This document shows, one piece after another, positions 33,281 to 45,345 of a stretch of DNA of 64,000 nucleotides. The notes under the pieces were generated by a model. It did no database searches. It worked only from the letters and a program-made list of their open reading frames with translations, and was not told where the DNA came from. The translations under genes were made by a program, and so were the position numbers. The first letter of the stretch is position 1, and every line of letters begins with the position of its first letter. Origin of the DNA: Escherichia phage MN01; the sequence record MT129652.1. The stretch is one strand, 5' to 3'.

Positions 33281-34407
33281 TGTTTTTCTCGTAGTTCGGC
33301 TGCGTATATCTTGCCGGCTCTCGGAGCTTGTGCATCTGGGAATGTTACAATTGTATTACCTGTATTTGTTGCATCGTTTGCATATGACATCCTTATGCCG
33401 TTGACACCAAATTCAGCTGGTTTGAATGCCGAGTCGCCTCTGGTTATCTCACCAATAACAATATTACGTATTGACCCTGTTCCAGTAGCTACAGTTCTTG
33501 ATGTTACTACCGTAAAGCCATCAGCTCCCGCTGGAATCTCGACATATCTTTCGAAACTCGCCCAAGCCCCGGCTGGAACGTTTGCTGCAATATCGATGTT
33601 TGTATTTGATATTGGAGCAGTGCTAGGGCTTTTAAAGAATCGAACCGAAGTCCTTACAGTTCCGGCGGCTTTCAGTTCTGCGTCAAATGACATCTGAAAC
33701 TTCAAGTAAAGCACATCCAAAGGTAAAAGGTTATAGGTATCCATAGGAGTCACCAGGTCCTCTGTGGGAAACCTTTTAATTGTGGTTGGTGTTCCATCAC
33801 CTGTTGATGAATACGTGCTCTCGTCTTCCGTTATGCGCACAGGATAGCCTGTTGCCCCTATATCACTAAAGGTATCATAAACGACTTCAAGCGGAGTCGA
33901 AACATCCTCAACTAACTTCCCGTCATTATACTTAACATGCTCCGAAACAATTACGTTCCTGCCGGTTATGTAAAAAGCCGAGTACGATGTATCAACTTTA
34001 TCAATCAACCATTTCTCTGGGAATGCTCTTGAACCACATTTACGGAACCAGTCAATTAATGTCTGTGATGCATTTAGTTTCCCAGAAGAAATAAAAGCAA
34101 TCAATCTTCCAGCTGGTACAGATTCCACAAAGGTGATTAATGCCTGACTGATTACATCGTGTGAGCTAGTTAATGAATAGTTTTTTGTGTTAACAATTTT
34201 ATTCGTAGTTGTATCAATTTCTAATAGAGTCAAACCATTACCAAAAGTAGTTGGTCCGATTCGTTCATCCTGGAATTTGATATACGATTTCACCGTGGAA
34301 AGAGTACAGCTCCCTGCTATACTCATTTTAAATTTAACGGCATTATTTTCTGATATAACTGGCGTTTGGACATATCCTTGTCCAAACTCTGCCATAAATT
34401 TTTCCAT
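33277..34407 (-). CDS. 35: long tail fibre hinge connector gp35
   Basis: 376 aa (T4 372 aa); syntenic between 34 and 36. Start may be the fifth codon (MAEFG). Confidence 0.75.
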   Translation of the reverse strand: MEKFMAEFGQGYVQTPVISENNAVKFKMSIAGSCTLSTVKSYIKFQDERIGPTTFGNGLTLLEIDTTTNKIVNTKNYSLTSSHDVISQALITFVESVPAGRLIAFISSGKLNASQTLIDWFRKCGSRAFPEKWLIDKVDTSYSAFYITGRNVIVSEHVKYNDGKLVEDVSTPLEVVYDTFSDIGATGYPVRITEDESTYSSTGDGTPTTIKRFPTEDLVTPMDTYNLLPLDVLYLKFQMSFDAELKAAGTVRTSVRFFKSPSTAPISNTNIDIAANVPAGAWASFERYVEIPAGADGFTVVTSRTVATGTGSIRNIVIGEITRGDSAFKPAEFGVNGIRMSYANDATNTGNTIVTFPDAQAPRAGKIYAAELREKQ

Positions 34408-34415
34408 ATTACCTC

Positions 34416-37400
34416 TTATTCAATCCATTCAAACTTAACGGATTTAGTGGTCGGGTCTGGGATGATACGTACGTTACCGATACGTAACCAATCGAGAATG
34501 GTTAAGTTCCCCATCGTTGTGTTGTCAGCCGGTAATGCACCAACATCCTCTGCAGACGGAGGGTTATCCGCGGTGTAAACCATTGCGAAAGTCGTCCATG
34601 CGGATTTATTTTTCTGCCATGTACGAGTATAACGAATAGTACCACCGTTCAATCCAGTTGGATAGCAAACCCAATCTTGATAACATGAATCCAGCGTATT
34701 ACCAAACTGAGTCAATGTACCAGGATATTTAATTTGTTTGTCACGAACTGAATAGTCAAACCATGTTCCGCGTAGTTTCTGTCCAGAGCTACCTAATACT
34801 TCATCACCAAGTGTACCATCATCATTACGATAACGAATAGCAGGCGAGGCGAAAGTTCCGTTTTCAGTTAACCAACCAGAAGCATTCCAAACTTCATCAG
34901 TTACCCCAGCAGGTTTAGTTTGAACCGTATCAATGTTTACTTGACGTTTTAACTTCATTGTCCAATAACCAGGGAACTGGCTATAAGTCGCTTCATCATT
35001 GATATCGACAGACCAGAAGCCAACAGTATCAGCAGTCGGAGCTTGTGCAATAAGACTCGGTTTCGTACCAAATACACGGACCGGAGCATTCACACGGAGT
35101 ACACCAGACATTGTATCACCAGCCTGGTTAACAAAGTTTCTATCAACAATTTCTACTGCGTTTTTCTCGGTCAGAACTTTAAATGCACCGCCACCATTTG
35201 CTATGATATTGCCAGCATCAAGAGTTTTGAGCACTAAATTCTGTGAGTTATCACCCAGAGACAAAGTTGCGCCAGAAGCTTCACCTGTTGTGGTTGCAAT
35301 AGTACGACCATTTAGAACGTAATTATTTTTGGCTTGAACATCGTTTCCGGCGCTGAGGTTGTTCAATACAGCAACATTACCCGAGGCGGTGTTTAATGTC
35401 AATACGTTAGTCGTATCGCCGATAGTCATTGTCGTTCCAGTGGAAGGAGCAGTGATTTTCCACTTGTTAGTTCCGTTAACAACATTCACAGTCCCGAACG
35501 TCGAAGTGCCAGCCGTTACATCAGTAAACACTGCAGTGCTCGTCGATACAACCGGAGCAGAGATATTTGTCTGTTTAGTGAGAGTTAATGCACCTTCAAC
35601 AGTCTGGGCAATATCACGACGAATAAATTGGGTCGAATCGAGACTATCAAGTTTTTCAGCATTAACAGCCATCGCATTTATCGGTAAGAAGTTTTGCAAT
35701 ACGCGGTTTAATTCGTAAGGCGAAACTGCATATCCAGATTTTGCATAGCTAACCAGTTTACTTGGGTCCGGAGTATACACACCATTTGCATATGTAAATC
35801 CTGCACCTGTCGTTGTAGTTGCGGCCGAAGTAGCTGCACCAGAAGATAAACGAACAAATCCTCGCAGTGTTTCAGATGATTCCCAGGTGGTTTCCGTTTG
35901 TGCAATATATTTCAGCGCAGACGGACTAATGGCCAAGACTTTTGATGTACCAGCGGTTGCTTCGGCGTTTGTCGCAATGCGAACAATACCTTCGGCATTT
36001 TCAGTAGCTTTTTTCGACATCAATTTAAGCGGGGTAACGATTGTTTTATCGTCAGTGCCGGTATTGACTTCGCCCTGAGTTGCTAATCTTGCTGTACCAC
36101 GTTGAGTCTCATTTGCTTCAAGAATATTCAGGCTATAATGGTCCCAGAGCGTCCCTGTTTCTACTAAACCACTTAATGCATTAACAGAAGTACGAGCAGT
36201 ATTATTAAATCTATTTTTAATTTTTAATGGAGTTGAGATACGAGTATCATCAGTTCCAGTATCAAATTCTGATTGCGTAGCAATCTCGGCTATGCCGGAT
36301 AATGTTTCTGATGCTTTACGGTCATTTAACGTTTTAGGAGTTACAGCTCTGGTATAATCAGTTCCTGCATTTGTTTCCGCCTGAGTAGCAATCTCGATTA
36401 AACCAATACGGGAATCAAGAGCAGTTTTGCGATGCAACATTTCTGGAGTAACGACTGCGTTTGCCCAGTCAGATTGAGAAGTACCGGCGATTACTTCACT
36501 TTCAACCGCAAGAATAACCGCGCCTTGCTGAGTGTAAGTAGCTTTGTACTGGTCAAGAGCTTTCGGAGAAACAACCAGATTAACCGTATTTTTATTATAA
36601 ACGTTTGTACCATTTAATTCACGCGAAGCAGCAGGAGTTGCACCAGTCGTTGAAACGTAAGTTACAATGCCGGATAGCGATTCTGAACCCTGACGAGCTT
36701 GCAGTTTCTTTGGAGTTATAATTGTGGTATCATCTACACCTGCATCAGTTTCTTGCTGTGTGGCGAGTTCTGCGAGCCCACGTCTCGTTTCTGTTGCCGT
36801 ACGTTCATTGAGTTTTTTCGGAGAAATAATTACATCATCAACAAATGCAAAATCACTGTTCTGATTTACTTGGGCAGTCGTTGCGATTCTGGCAATGCCT
36901 CGTTGGTTCTCTTTAGCAACACGGTTGGCTAAAGTCTGAGGGGTAATTGCGAGTTCTTTCTCTGGGTTATTTTCATGGTCAACGTTTGCCTGAGTCTGGT
37001 TTGCCAGAGCAATAACACCAAGACGTGCACGCGTGGAATCATTTAATGAGTCAACTCGTTCGACAGTCGGAACGTTCTGAGCGACAACCCAATAACTTTT
37101 TCCAGATACTTTATCTTCTGCATATGACAATTCAATAACCGGAGTATAACTGATATTACCGTTAAAGGTCAATGAATCAACCAACACCCAAGTTGTATCC
37201 GGTGGATACTCGGAACGTTTAGGGAATTGCAGTAATTTAATGTCAGATGCAATCTTATCGCCAACAGCAGCTCTTATATTAACAGTCTGTGATTTACGGA
37301 GATAGTTCAGTGCAATCTTAACGATGTCACCTTGTAAAACATCAGTTGGTAAATCGATATTAATCGTTGCCGGAGTTGAGTTATCTTCGCCAAATACAAT

Positions 37401-38372
37401 GATGCTTTCGTTTGGTAAAAGTTTAACACTATCGCGAATAATACGCAGACGAGTTTTATTATCACCGTCCCAGACATGCCAGAGTTTTTCTGCAGCATTA
37501 TAAACGAAGAAACCATCACCTGTGGTACGGAATTCCATTTGATGCTGACCAGCTTTACCAAGACTGGAACTGGTGTCAAAGGTTTCAACCATCAGGTGGA
37601 ACGTTGGCCCCATGCCATCGATATCAACAGATTTGACAATATCACCCTGGTTTGCATACTTAGGAAGAATGAAAGTAATCGGTGCACCAGTTGTATAACG
37701 ACGCATAATAAAGTCGCCAGCTTGTGCATGGAAACGTCCGGTCGACGGTTCTATTCTGATACCACGTTCTTCGTTACCTGCTTCCCAAAATTGCCATAAG
37801 CGGTTTGAAAAGATAAGCATGTTATAAGAGAACGGTTTGGTAATTAAAACTTCTGAATACTGATTACCAAAGCGAACAATCTTTTGGTTACCTGCCCCTG
37901 GTACGTTGCTTGACTGGATTTTAATTTCATTATAACCAACGTTCCCACCAATATCTTTAATAACGATGGTATCGCCGTCAACCGGGTTTGCAGGCAATGT
38001 AAATGTGGTAAAGCTTGCAGCTGAGTCGACTGCGATAAATTCCCCCGAGTTAAGCTGACGGGTTGGAGATGCAACAGTTTCCCATTTAGGGTCAGTACGA
38101 GTTGCCAACCAATACTGAGGCGTAAATGCTCCAGCAGGGGCCGGAATATCACGTTGAGCAACCCAAATACGGTTATCATTAATAACTGCAAAGTTCTTTT
38201 TGTATCCGCGTGTTGCATCATATTGTTGAACTGTGTTTTCTTCTATAAAGAAACCTACGTTAACGCCGTCTGATAAAACTGAGTAATCAGCTTTTGCGAC
38301 ATTAATGACTTTCTCACCAGCAGCATCGAGACCGGATGTTGCTCTGAATGCTGGTTTTAAAATATCGGCCAT
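34416..38372 (-). CDS. 34: long tail fibre proximal subunit gp34
   Basis: 1318 aa (T4 1289 aa); long stretches near-identical to T4 gp34 as remembered (e.g. NTVQQYD.TRGY, LLQFPKRSEYPP, PTVERVDSLNDSTRARLGVIALA, NLTI.DWLRIGNVRI.PDP..K.VKFEW.E). Confidence 0.9.
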   Translation of the reverse strand: MADILKPAFRATSGLDAAGEKVINVAKADYSVLSDGVNVGFFIEENTVQQYDATRGYKKNFAVINDNRIWVAQRDIPAPAGAFTPQYWLATRTDPKWETVASPTRQLNSGEFIAVDSAASFTTFTLPANPVDGDTIVIKDIGGNVGYNEIKIQSSNVPGAGNQKIVRFGNQYSEVLITKPFSYNMLIFSNRLWQFWEAGNEERGIRIEPSTGRFHAQAGDFIMRRYTTGAPITFILPKYANQGDIVKSVDIDGMGPTFHLMVETFDTSSSLGKAGQHQMEFRTTGDGFFVYNAAEKLWHVWDGDNKTRLRIIRDSVKLLPNESIIVFGEDNSTPATINIDLPTDVLQGDIVKIALNYLRKSQTVNIRAAVGDKIASDIKLLQFPKRSEYPPDTTWVLVDSLTFNGNISYTPVIELSYAEDKVSGKSYWVVAQNVPTVERVDSLNDSTRARLGVIALANQTQANVDHENNPEKELAITPQTLANRVAKENQRGIARIATTAQVNQNSDFAFVDDVIISPKKLNERTATETRRGLAELATQQETDAGVDDTTIITPKKLQARQGSESLSGIVTYVSTTGATPAASRELNGTNVYNKNTVNLVVSPKALDQYKATYTQQGAVILAVESEVIAGTSQSDWANAVVTPEMLHRKTALDSRIGLIEIATQAETNAGTDYTRAVTPKTLNDRKASETLSGIAEIATQSEFDTGTDDTRISTPLKIKNRFNNTARTSVNALSGLVETGTLWDHYSLNILEANETQRGTARLATQGEVNTGTDDKTIVTPLKLMSKKATENAEGIVRIATNAEATAGTSKVLAISPSALKYIAQTETTWESSETLRGFVRLSSGAATSAATTTTGAGFTYANGVYTPDPSKLVSYAKSGYAVSPYELNRVLQNFLPINAMAVNAEKLDSLDSTQFIRRDIAQTVEGALTLTKQTNISAPVVSTSTAVFTDVTAGTSTFGTVNVVNGTNKWKITAPSTGTTMTIGDTTNVLTLNTASGNVAVLNNLSAGNDVQAKNNYVLNGRTIATTTGEASGATLSLGDNSQNLVLKTLDAGNIIANGGGAFKVLTEKNAVEIVDRNFVNQAGDTMSGVLRVNAPVRVFGTKPSLIAQAPTADTVGFWSVDINDEATYSQFPGYWTMKLKRQVNIDTVQTKPAGVTDEVWNASGWLTENGTFASPAIRYRNDDGTLGDEVLGSSGQKLRGTWFDYSVRDKQIKYPGTLTQFGNTLDSCYQDWVCYPTGLNGGTIRYTRTWQKNKSAWTTFAMVYTADNPPSAEDVGALPADNTTMGNLTILDWLRIGNVRIIPDPTTKSVKFEWIE

Positions 38373-38403
38373 GTGCTTTATCCTTATTGATTTGGTATAT
38401 GTG

Positions 38404-38411
38404 TATTTATA
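38404..38411 (-). promoter_or_regulatory. late promoter motif for gene 34
   Basis: TATTTATA on plus strand about 30 nt upstream of the gp34 start on the minus strand. Confidence 0.55.
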
Positions 38412-38468
38412 TTGCTTTAAAAATTTTATGCTAATATAATCGAGTCAACTAATTGAACAGAGGTTCAT

Positions 38469-39413
38469 ATGAATTTAGATTTTTTACTCCCTGAAGAAGA
38501 CCGTCAAAAAGATGGTTTTCAGTTACTCGATTTTAGTCAGCTCATCATGGCTGCCGCCTTCCAGGAATTCGGCAAAGACGCAGGCTTTCCGAAAGTAACA
38601 ACTGCAATGACCAGACACCTGGTTCTGAACTCCATCCGAAAAAATATTGTGCAGTTCAAAAAGCTCGGTTATACGATTCCGATTATTTGTGTTGATAACT
38701 CGAAGAACGGTTATTGGCGCCGGACGAAATCTTATTATTATAAGAAAAACCGTGCGAAAGCTCGTGAAGAGTCTCAATTCGATTGGGAAGGTCTACATGC
38801 TGCCATGCACATCATCATCGATGAAATGGAAAAATACATGCCTTACATCGTGATGAATATGGATAAAGTTGAGGCTGATGACCATATTGCAGTATTAACG
38901 AAGTTGCTCACTGGTCTAGGACATCCGGTTATGATTGTTTCTTCGGATGGTGACTTTACGCAGTTGCATAAATTCCCTGGGGTGAAACAATGGTCCCCGA
39001 TGCAGAAAAAATATGTCAAAACTAAATCAGGCGATGCCCTTATGGATTGCGTGACAAAGGTTGTTAAAGGTGACAAAAAAGATAACGTGTCAAGCATCAA
39101 AGTTCGTGGCGATTTTTATTACACTCATGAAGAAGGTGAACGTACTCCGGCGACCCGTGCTGCTGAGCTTGAACAAATTGCGCTCAATTATTACGACCAT
39201 GACGTTTTGAAAACGCTTTTAACAGAAGAGCAATATAATAGATTCTGTGAAAACCAATTACTGATTGATATGGACTTTATCCCAACGGAAATATCCGCTT
39301 CAATCTTAGAACGATATAATAACTACGTTATCCCAGCCAAAAGTAAAGTTTATCCTTACTTTGTTAAGTCTGGTCTGTCTAAACTAACTGCAAATATTGC
39401 TGAATTTTATTAA
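38469..39413 (+). CDS. rnh: RNase H (5'-3' exonuclease, FEN-1 family)
   Basis: 314 aa (T4 305 aa); strong similarity to T4 RNase H as remembered (GYWRR..YYYKKNR.KAREES.WDWEG, YMPYIVM..DK.EADDHIAVL, SSDGDFTQLHK.P.VKQWSPM.KK). Confidence 0.9.
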   Translation: MNLDFLLPEEDRQKDGFQLLDFSQLIMAAAFQEFGKDAGFPKVTTAMTRHLVLNSIRKNIVQFKKLGYTIPIICVDNSKNGYWRRTKSYYYKKNRAKAREESQFDWEGLHAAMHIIIDEMEKYMPYIVMNMDKVEADDHIAVLTKLLTGLGHPVMIVSSDGDFTQLHKFPGVKQWSPMQKKYVKTKSGDALMDCVTKVVKGDKKDNVSSIKVRGDFYYTHEEGERTPATRAAELEQIALNYYDHDVLKTLLTEEQYNRFCENQLLIDMDFIPTEISASILERYNNYVIPAKSKVYPYFVKSGLSKLTANIAEFY

Positions 39414-39421
39414 GGTATATT

Positions 39422-39691
39422 ATGAAAGAGAAAAAAGTGAAAGTTGAATTTTGTCCTGATACTCATGGCGCTGAACTGGCCAAGCTGATTAAAGCTGCTT
39501 CCGATACCAAATTAAAAATGGAAGCATATGCAGACGAAATTAAAGACCTTAAAGATAAGGCAAAAACTGAATTAGGCGTTGACGGTAAGATGTTCAATAC
39601 ACAGCTCGGGCTGTATCATAAAGGCACTCGTGAACGTTTTGAAGATGAAAAAACCGAAGCTGTGGAGCTCTATGATGTCCTCTTTAGTTAA
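39422..39691 (+). CDS. dsbA: DsbA (dsDNA-binding late-transcription protein)
   Basis: 89 aa, same length and position as T4 DsbA. Confidence 0.75.
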   Translation: MKEKKVKVEFCPDTHGAELAKLIKAASDTKLKMEAYADEIKDLKDKAKTELGVDGKMFNTQLGLYHKGTRERFEDEKTEAVELYDVLFS

Positions 39692-39965
39692 TTTCGATAC
39701 ACAGAAAACTGAATCGCCTTCCGGGGCGATTAGTAAGCAGCAAAACGGGCTTGATATTGAAGCCATGGTTGAGTCAACTGAAATGTCTTATCTGGAAGCT
39801 GCGACTGCCTGGTTGGAAGAACGTGGAATTCCTGAAGGTAATTTTGCGCGATACATTCCCGCGGGAATTGTTGATAAGATTATGAATGAAGCATATGATG
39901 ATAACCTGCTTCGCCCAAGTATGTCTCGTACACAGAAAACTAATACGCTGGACTTTTTGTTATGA
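39672..39965 (+). CDS. 33: late transcription co-activator gp33
   Basis: Internal ATG (MMSSLVNF...) of track ORF 39579-39965; acidic protein immediately upstream of gene 59 as in T4; start overlaps the dsbA 3' end. Confidence 0.65.
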   Translation: MMSSLVNFDTQKTESPSGAISKQQNGLDIEAMVESTEMSYLEAATAWLEERGIPEGNFARYIPAGIVDKIMNEAYDDNLLRPSMSRTQKTNTLDFLL

Positions 39966-40630
39966 TTACGATTCGCATGCCTCCAAATAACAACCGATAC
40001 ATAAATGGTAAATCAGTATATCAACTGTACTTATCCATCAAACAGCATTTTTCGGGTCGTTATGATATTATCAAATATAACTGGACCATGCGAATCTCCG
40101 ATAGTGCTTATCAAAAACGTCGCGATAAGTATTTTTTCGAAAAGCTTAGCGATAAGTACACTCTCAAAGAATTAACATTAATATTCATGTCAAACCTGGT
40201 CGCGAACCAGGATGCATGGATAGGTGATATAAGTGATGCTGATGCTCTGATATTTTATCGAGAATACATTGGCAGACTTAAAAGAATTAAACAAGTATAC
40301 GAAGATGATATAAAGAATATCTATTACTTCAGTAAGAAAGTCGAAGTCAAATCGCTTCAAGAGATTTTCGAGTATAATACTAAAGTAAACACAAGTTATA
40401 TTTTCAAACTTCTCCAATCGAATGTTATCTCATTTGAAACGTTTTGTTTGCTTGATTCATTTTTAGGTATTATAAATAAACATGATGAACAGACCAACGA
40501 CTTGGTTTGGGAAAAGTATTCAACCAAACTAAATGCCTATAAGAAAATCTTAAATATCGATTCTCTTGAAGCTCGTAAATTGTTCATCGAGACCGTTAAA
40601 AACTGTCAAATAACGCTTCAAGCACTTTGA
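39962..40630 (+). CDS. 59: helicase loader gp59
   Basis: 222 aa (T4 217 aa); near-identical blocks to T4 gp59 as remembered (DGKSVY.LYL.IKQH, KYNW.MR.SD.AYQKRRDKYFF.KLS, SNLVANQDAWIGDISDADAL.FYREYIGRLK, YYFSKKVEV). Confidence 0.9.
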   Translation: MITIRMPPNNNRYINGKSVYQLYLSIKQHFSGRYDIIKYNWTMRISDSAYQKRRDKYFFEKLSDKYTLKELTLIFMSNLVANQDAWIGDISDADALIFYREYIGRLKRIKQVYEDDIKNIYYFSKKVEVKSLQEIFEYNTKVNTSYIFKLLQSNVISFETFCLLDSFLGIINKHDEQTNDLVWEKYSTKLNAYKKILNIDSLEARKLFIETVKNCQITLQAL

Positions 40631-40690
40631 AGTATAATTAATACGTAATCAAAACAACTGCTAAAAATCAAATAATCTAAGGAAAATCAT

Positions 40691-41602
40691 ATGTCTATGT
40701 TTAAACGTAAAAACCCTGCTGACCTGGCCGCTTCCCTTAACGCTCTGAAAGGCGGTTCTGGTTTCTCTTCTGACGATAAAAAAGAATGGAAACTGAAAGA
40801 TACTGATGGCGTCGGCTCTGCGGTTATTCGTTTCCTGCCTTCCAAGAATGAAGAAAATCCATCTCCGTTCATCAAGCTCGTTAACCATGGCTTTAAAAAT
40901 GCTGGTCAATGGTATATTGAAAACTGTACTTCTACTCACGGCGATTATGAAAACTGCCCTGTGTGTGCGTACATGAATAAGAATGACCTGTACAACACAA
41001 ACGAATCCGAATATCGTAAACTGAAGCGTAATACTTCTTACTGGGCTAACATCCTGGTCATTAAAGACCCTGCTGTTCCGTCTAACGAAGGTCAAGTATT
41101 CAAATATCGCTTCGGCAAGAAAATCATGGACAAAATTAACCAGATGGTTGAAGTCGATGTTGACATGGGCGAAACAGCTATTGATGTAACTTGTCCTTTT
41201 GAAGGTGCAAACTTTGTACTGAAATCTAAACTGGTTTCCGGTTATAAAAACTACGATGATTCCAAATTCATGAACCAGTCTGAAATCGCTGGTATCAATG
41301 ATGAAGCATTCCAGAAAAAACTTTGGGACGAAATGTCTGACCTGAATGAATTGCTGGTGTTTAAATCCCTTGAAGAGAATCAGAAGAAATTCTCTAAAGT
41401 AATGGGTACAGCTGCTCTCGGTGGTGCTGCTTCTAAAGCCGCTGCACAAGCTGATAAACTGGGCGCTGACCTGGACGATTTCGATAAAGATATGGAAGAC
41501 TTCACTTCCAGCAAACCTGCTAAGTCTGAACGCACTGCGACTGCTCCAAGCACTCCAGAGCCTTCCGATGATGGTCTTGACGACCTGCTGGCTGGCCTTT
41601 AA
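40691..41602 (+). CDS. 32: single-stranded DNA-binding protein gp32
   Basis: 303 aa (T4 301 aa); long identical stretches to T4 gp32 as remembered ([60 protein letters not shown]), acidic C-terminal tail. True start may be the second ATG (MFKRK). Confidence 0.9.
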   Translation: MSMFKRKNPADLAASLNALKGGSGFSSDDKKEWKLKDTDGVGSAVIRFLPSKNEENPSPFIKLVNHGFKNAGQWYIENCTSTHGDYENCPVCAYMNKNDLYNTNESEYRKLKRNTSYWANILVIKDPAVPSNEGQVFKYRFGKKIMDKINQMVEVDVDMGETAIDVTCPFEGANFVLKSKLVSGYKNYDDSKFMNQSEIAGINDEAFQKKLWDEMSDLNELLVFKSLEENQKKFSKVMGTAALGGAASKAAAQADKLGADLDDFDKDMEDFTSSKPAKSERTATAPSTPEPSDDGLDDLLAGL

Positions 41603-41605
41603 TAT

Positions 41606-41634
41606 AAGGGGACCTTCGGGTCCCTTTTTTATTT
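41606..41634 (+). terminator. rho-independent terminator after gene 32 (GGGACC-TTCG-GGTCCC + T-tract)
   Basis: UUCG tetraloop hairpin followed by TTTTTT. Confidence 0.65.
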
Positions 41635-41644
41635 TCAAAAAGTA

Positions 41645-41674
41645 GTGTACAAGTCCTTTGAGCTAAGGCATAAT
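41645..41674 (+). promoter_or_regulatory. early-type promoter (GTGTACA -35, CATAAT -10)
   Basis: Cassette family member followed by CATCAACTACTGATA stem-loop and GAGGA SD. Confidence 0.55.
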
Positions 41675-41712
41675 GATTCCATCAACTACTGATAACAACT
41701 GAGGAAATAAAA

Positions 41713-42075
41713 ATGGAAATCGGCAAAAAATATGAGTTCAATCCACATCGTATTAAATCTTTCATTGATATTAGTTCATCGAATGCCAGTATGGTTGACA
41801 TCATCCAAGAAAATGGCGGTTGGTTTGAAGTTAAATCAATATCAAGTGCAGACGGATATGATTATGTAACCGAAATCATTTGTGCTAATGGTGCAATCTA
41901 TAATGATGATGGCATGGGTGATGATTATTTTGAACTTAGTGAAGAAGAGTTTTATTGCTTCCGCGAATACTCTAATTATGCAAAAACACCTTCAGGGGCG
42001 GTTTCTATTAATTGTGTTGTGGATGCTAATAACGTTGACCAAATCATTGAACTTTTGCAAAAAGCTTTCAAATAG
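41713..42075 (+). CDS. hypothetical protein (120 aa), member of a three-copy paralogue family
   Basis: Shares GK.Y...P..K..FI N-terminus and D.YFEL.E.EF core with ORFs 42426-42788 and 55416-55958. Confidence 0.45.
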   Translation: MEIGKKYEFNPHRIKSFIDISSSNASMVDIIQENGGWFEVKSISSADGYDYVTEIICANGAIYNDDGMGDDYFELSEEEFYCFREYSNYAKTPSGAVSINCVVDANNVDQIIELLQKAFK

Positions 42076-42137
42076 CAGTTTACAACGGGTCTATGGTTGA
42101 GATACTATAGACCTATCAACTACATGAGGAAAATAAA

Positions 42138-42365
42138 ATGGCTAAGGTTAATATTGATATCGTTGATTTTGAATACACTTACGAAGTTATTCGTAATCGG
42201 TATCCTTCTTTGTGTATGACTTACATTAAAGATACTGAAGTCTTTGGTATTCAAATTGAAGTCCAAGGTCCTCTTGAAGATATTACCCGCTTTATGCAAA
42301 ATGAATATTGTGACGGTATGTATCCAGAAGACACTAAATTTTATATGAATTTGATTGAAGCTTAA
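42138..42365 (+). CDS. hypothetical protein (75 aa)
   Basis: ORF in track preceded by promoter-like GTTTACA...TATAG and stem-loop/SD. Confidence 0.4.
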   Translation: MAKVNIDIVDFEYTYEVIRNRYPSLCMTYIKDTEVFGIQIEVQGPLEDITRFMQNEYCDGMYPEDTKFYMNLIEA

Positions 42366-42393
42366 GTATACAAACAAACGGGAACATGATAAT
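42366..42393 (+). promoter_or_regulatory. early-type promoter variant (GTATACA -35, GATAAT -10 inside GGAACAT/ATGTTCC inverted repeat)
   Basis: Cassette-like architecture. Confidence 0.45.
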
Positions 42394-42425
42394 ATGTTCC
42401 CTCAATTGAATATGAGGAAATTAAA

Positions 42426-42788
42426 ATGGAAACTGGTAAATTTTACGTATTAGACCCTGCTGCCAAAAAACAATTCATCGCTGGTAGTCCTGATGATAAT
42501 TCGTGCATCGTCAAGTTGATGGAACAACACGGTAATTCCTTCAAAGTCCTGGATATGTGTTATATTGAAGGTGATTATTTTGTTGAAAAAGTTGAAATGA
42601 AAGATGGTACCATTCTGAATAGTATGGGTGATTCTGATGAGTACTTTGAACTTGGTGAATGGGAATTCCAACATTTCATGGAAGTTGATGGCGATGCACC
42701 TGTTGATACCCAAACCATTCATGTGCAGGTAAATCACAAAAATGCGGCAGAAGTTGTTGCCTTGATTAAAGCAACTTTTGGAATTTAA
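42426..42788 (+). CDS. hypothetical protein (120 aa), paralogue of 41713-42075
   Basis: See paralogue family above. Confidence 0.45.
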   Translation: METGKFYVLDPAAKKQFIAGSPDDNSCIVKLMEQHGNSFKVLDMCYIEGDYFVEKVEMKDGTILNSMGDSDEYFELGEWEFQHFMEVDGDAPVDTQTIHVQVNHKNAAEVVALIKATFGI

Positions 42789-42789
42789 C

Positions 42790-43044
42790 ATGACTAAAGA
42801 TGATTTCCTGGATGCAGTGGAAAAAGCCAGTGAACAATTTGAAGTGATGGGTGTGCGTTTGCATAAAGACAGAAATTATGGTCTGGATGTTCAAACCTAC
42901 TCATTATGGCTTGTGGGTGAGCACAGTCTTGCAACCAATCTTGTTATGGGTGTAGATACATATCCTTTATTAGTTAAGTTCAGAAGTATGGAAAAAGCCA
43001 ACAAGGAAATGATTAAACTTGGCAAATGGCTTGATAAAATTTAA
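42790..43044 (+). CDS. hypothetical protein (84 aa)
   Basis: Internal ATG of track ORF 42778-43044. Confidence 0.35.
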   Translation: MTKDDFLDAVEKASEQFEVMGVRLHKDRNYGLDVQTYSLWLVGEHSLATNLVMGVDTYPLLVKFRSMEKANKEMIKLGKWLDKI

Positions 43045-43050
43045 AAAGTA

Positions 43051-43080
43051 GTGTACAACCAAATGGGGCTATGACATAAT
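43051..43080 (+). promoter_or_regulatory. early-type promoter (GTGTACA -35, CATAAT -10 inside ATGGG/CCCAT inverted repeat)
   Basis: Cassette family member. Confidence 0.55.
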
Positions 43081-43121
43081 GGTCCCATACTGAGTTAACA
43101 ACTAAAACACTGGAGAATAAA

Positions 43122-43361
43122 ATGAAATTACAACGTGAGAGCATCAAAGATTCAGAAGTTAAAGGCAAATGGTACTTCACAATCCAAGGTAACAATCCAG
43201 AAGCTCTGGAAAAAGCTGAACAAGCTTTGTGTGAAATGGGTTGGAAAGATGAGTGTGATGGTTGCCCTCTTTATGAAGATGGTAGCTCATCCGGTTTCTG
43301 GATTTACCACTCTGACGTTGACCAATTTAAAGCTGACTGGAAAGTTGCCAAGAAAGCGTGA
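43122..43361 (+). CDS. hypothetical protein (79 aa)
   Basis: ORF in track after CTGGAGAATAAA leader. Confidence 0.4.
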   Translation: MKLQRESIKDSEVKGKWYFTIQGNNPEALEKAEQALCEMGWKDECDGCPLYEDGSSSGFWIYHSDVDQFKADWKVAKKA

Positions 43362-43371
43362 GGAAAATATA

Positions 43372-45147
<1,776 letters not shown>

Positions 45148-45148
<1 letters not shown>

Positions 45149-45345
45149 TGAATATTCGTATAGTAAACAATAGATACGGCACCAATGAGGTGCTGTTTGA
45201 AAAAATGAATATAAGTCTCGATGAACTGCCTAAAGAGAAAACAACTATTTTTGTTCAGGGCAAAGAACTTTATGTTATGCGCGTGATTAAATCGTATGAA
45301 TATGATGATTTCAATCGGTCTATCTGGTTTATTGTCGAGGTCTAA
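45148..45345 (+). CDS. hypothetical protein (65 aa)
   Basis: ORF in track, ATGA-coupled to td. Confidence 0.35.

Noticed and set aside
40661-41638. 325-aa minus-strand ORF antisense to gene 32
   Set aside because: The plus strand here encodes gp32 with long identical stretches to T4 gp32; the antisense frame is low-complexity (Phe/Ser/Ile-rich), has no start context and is a typical shadow ORF.
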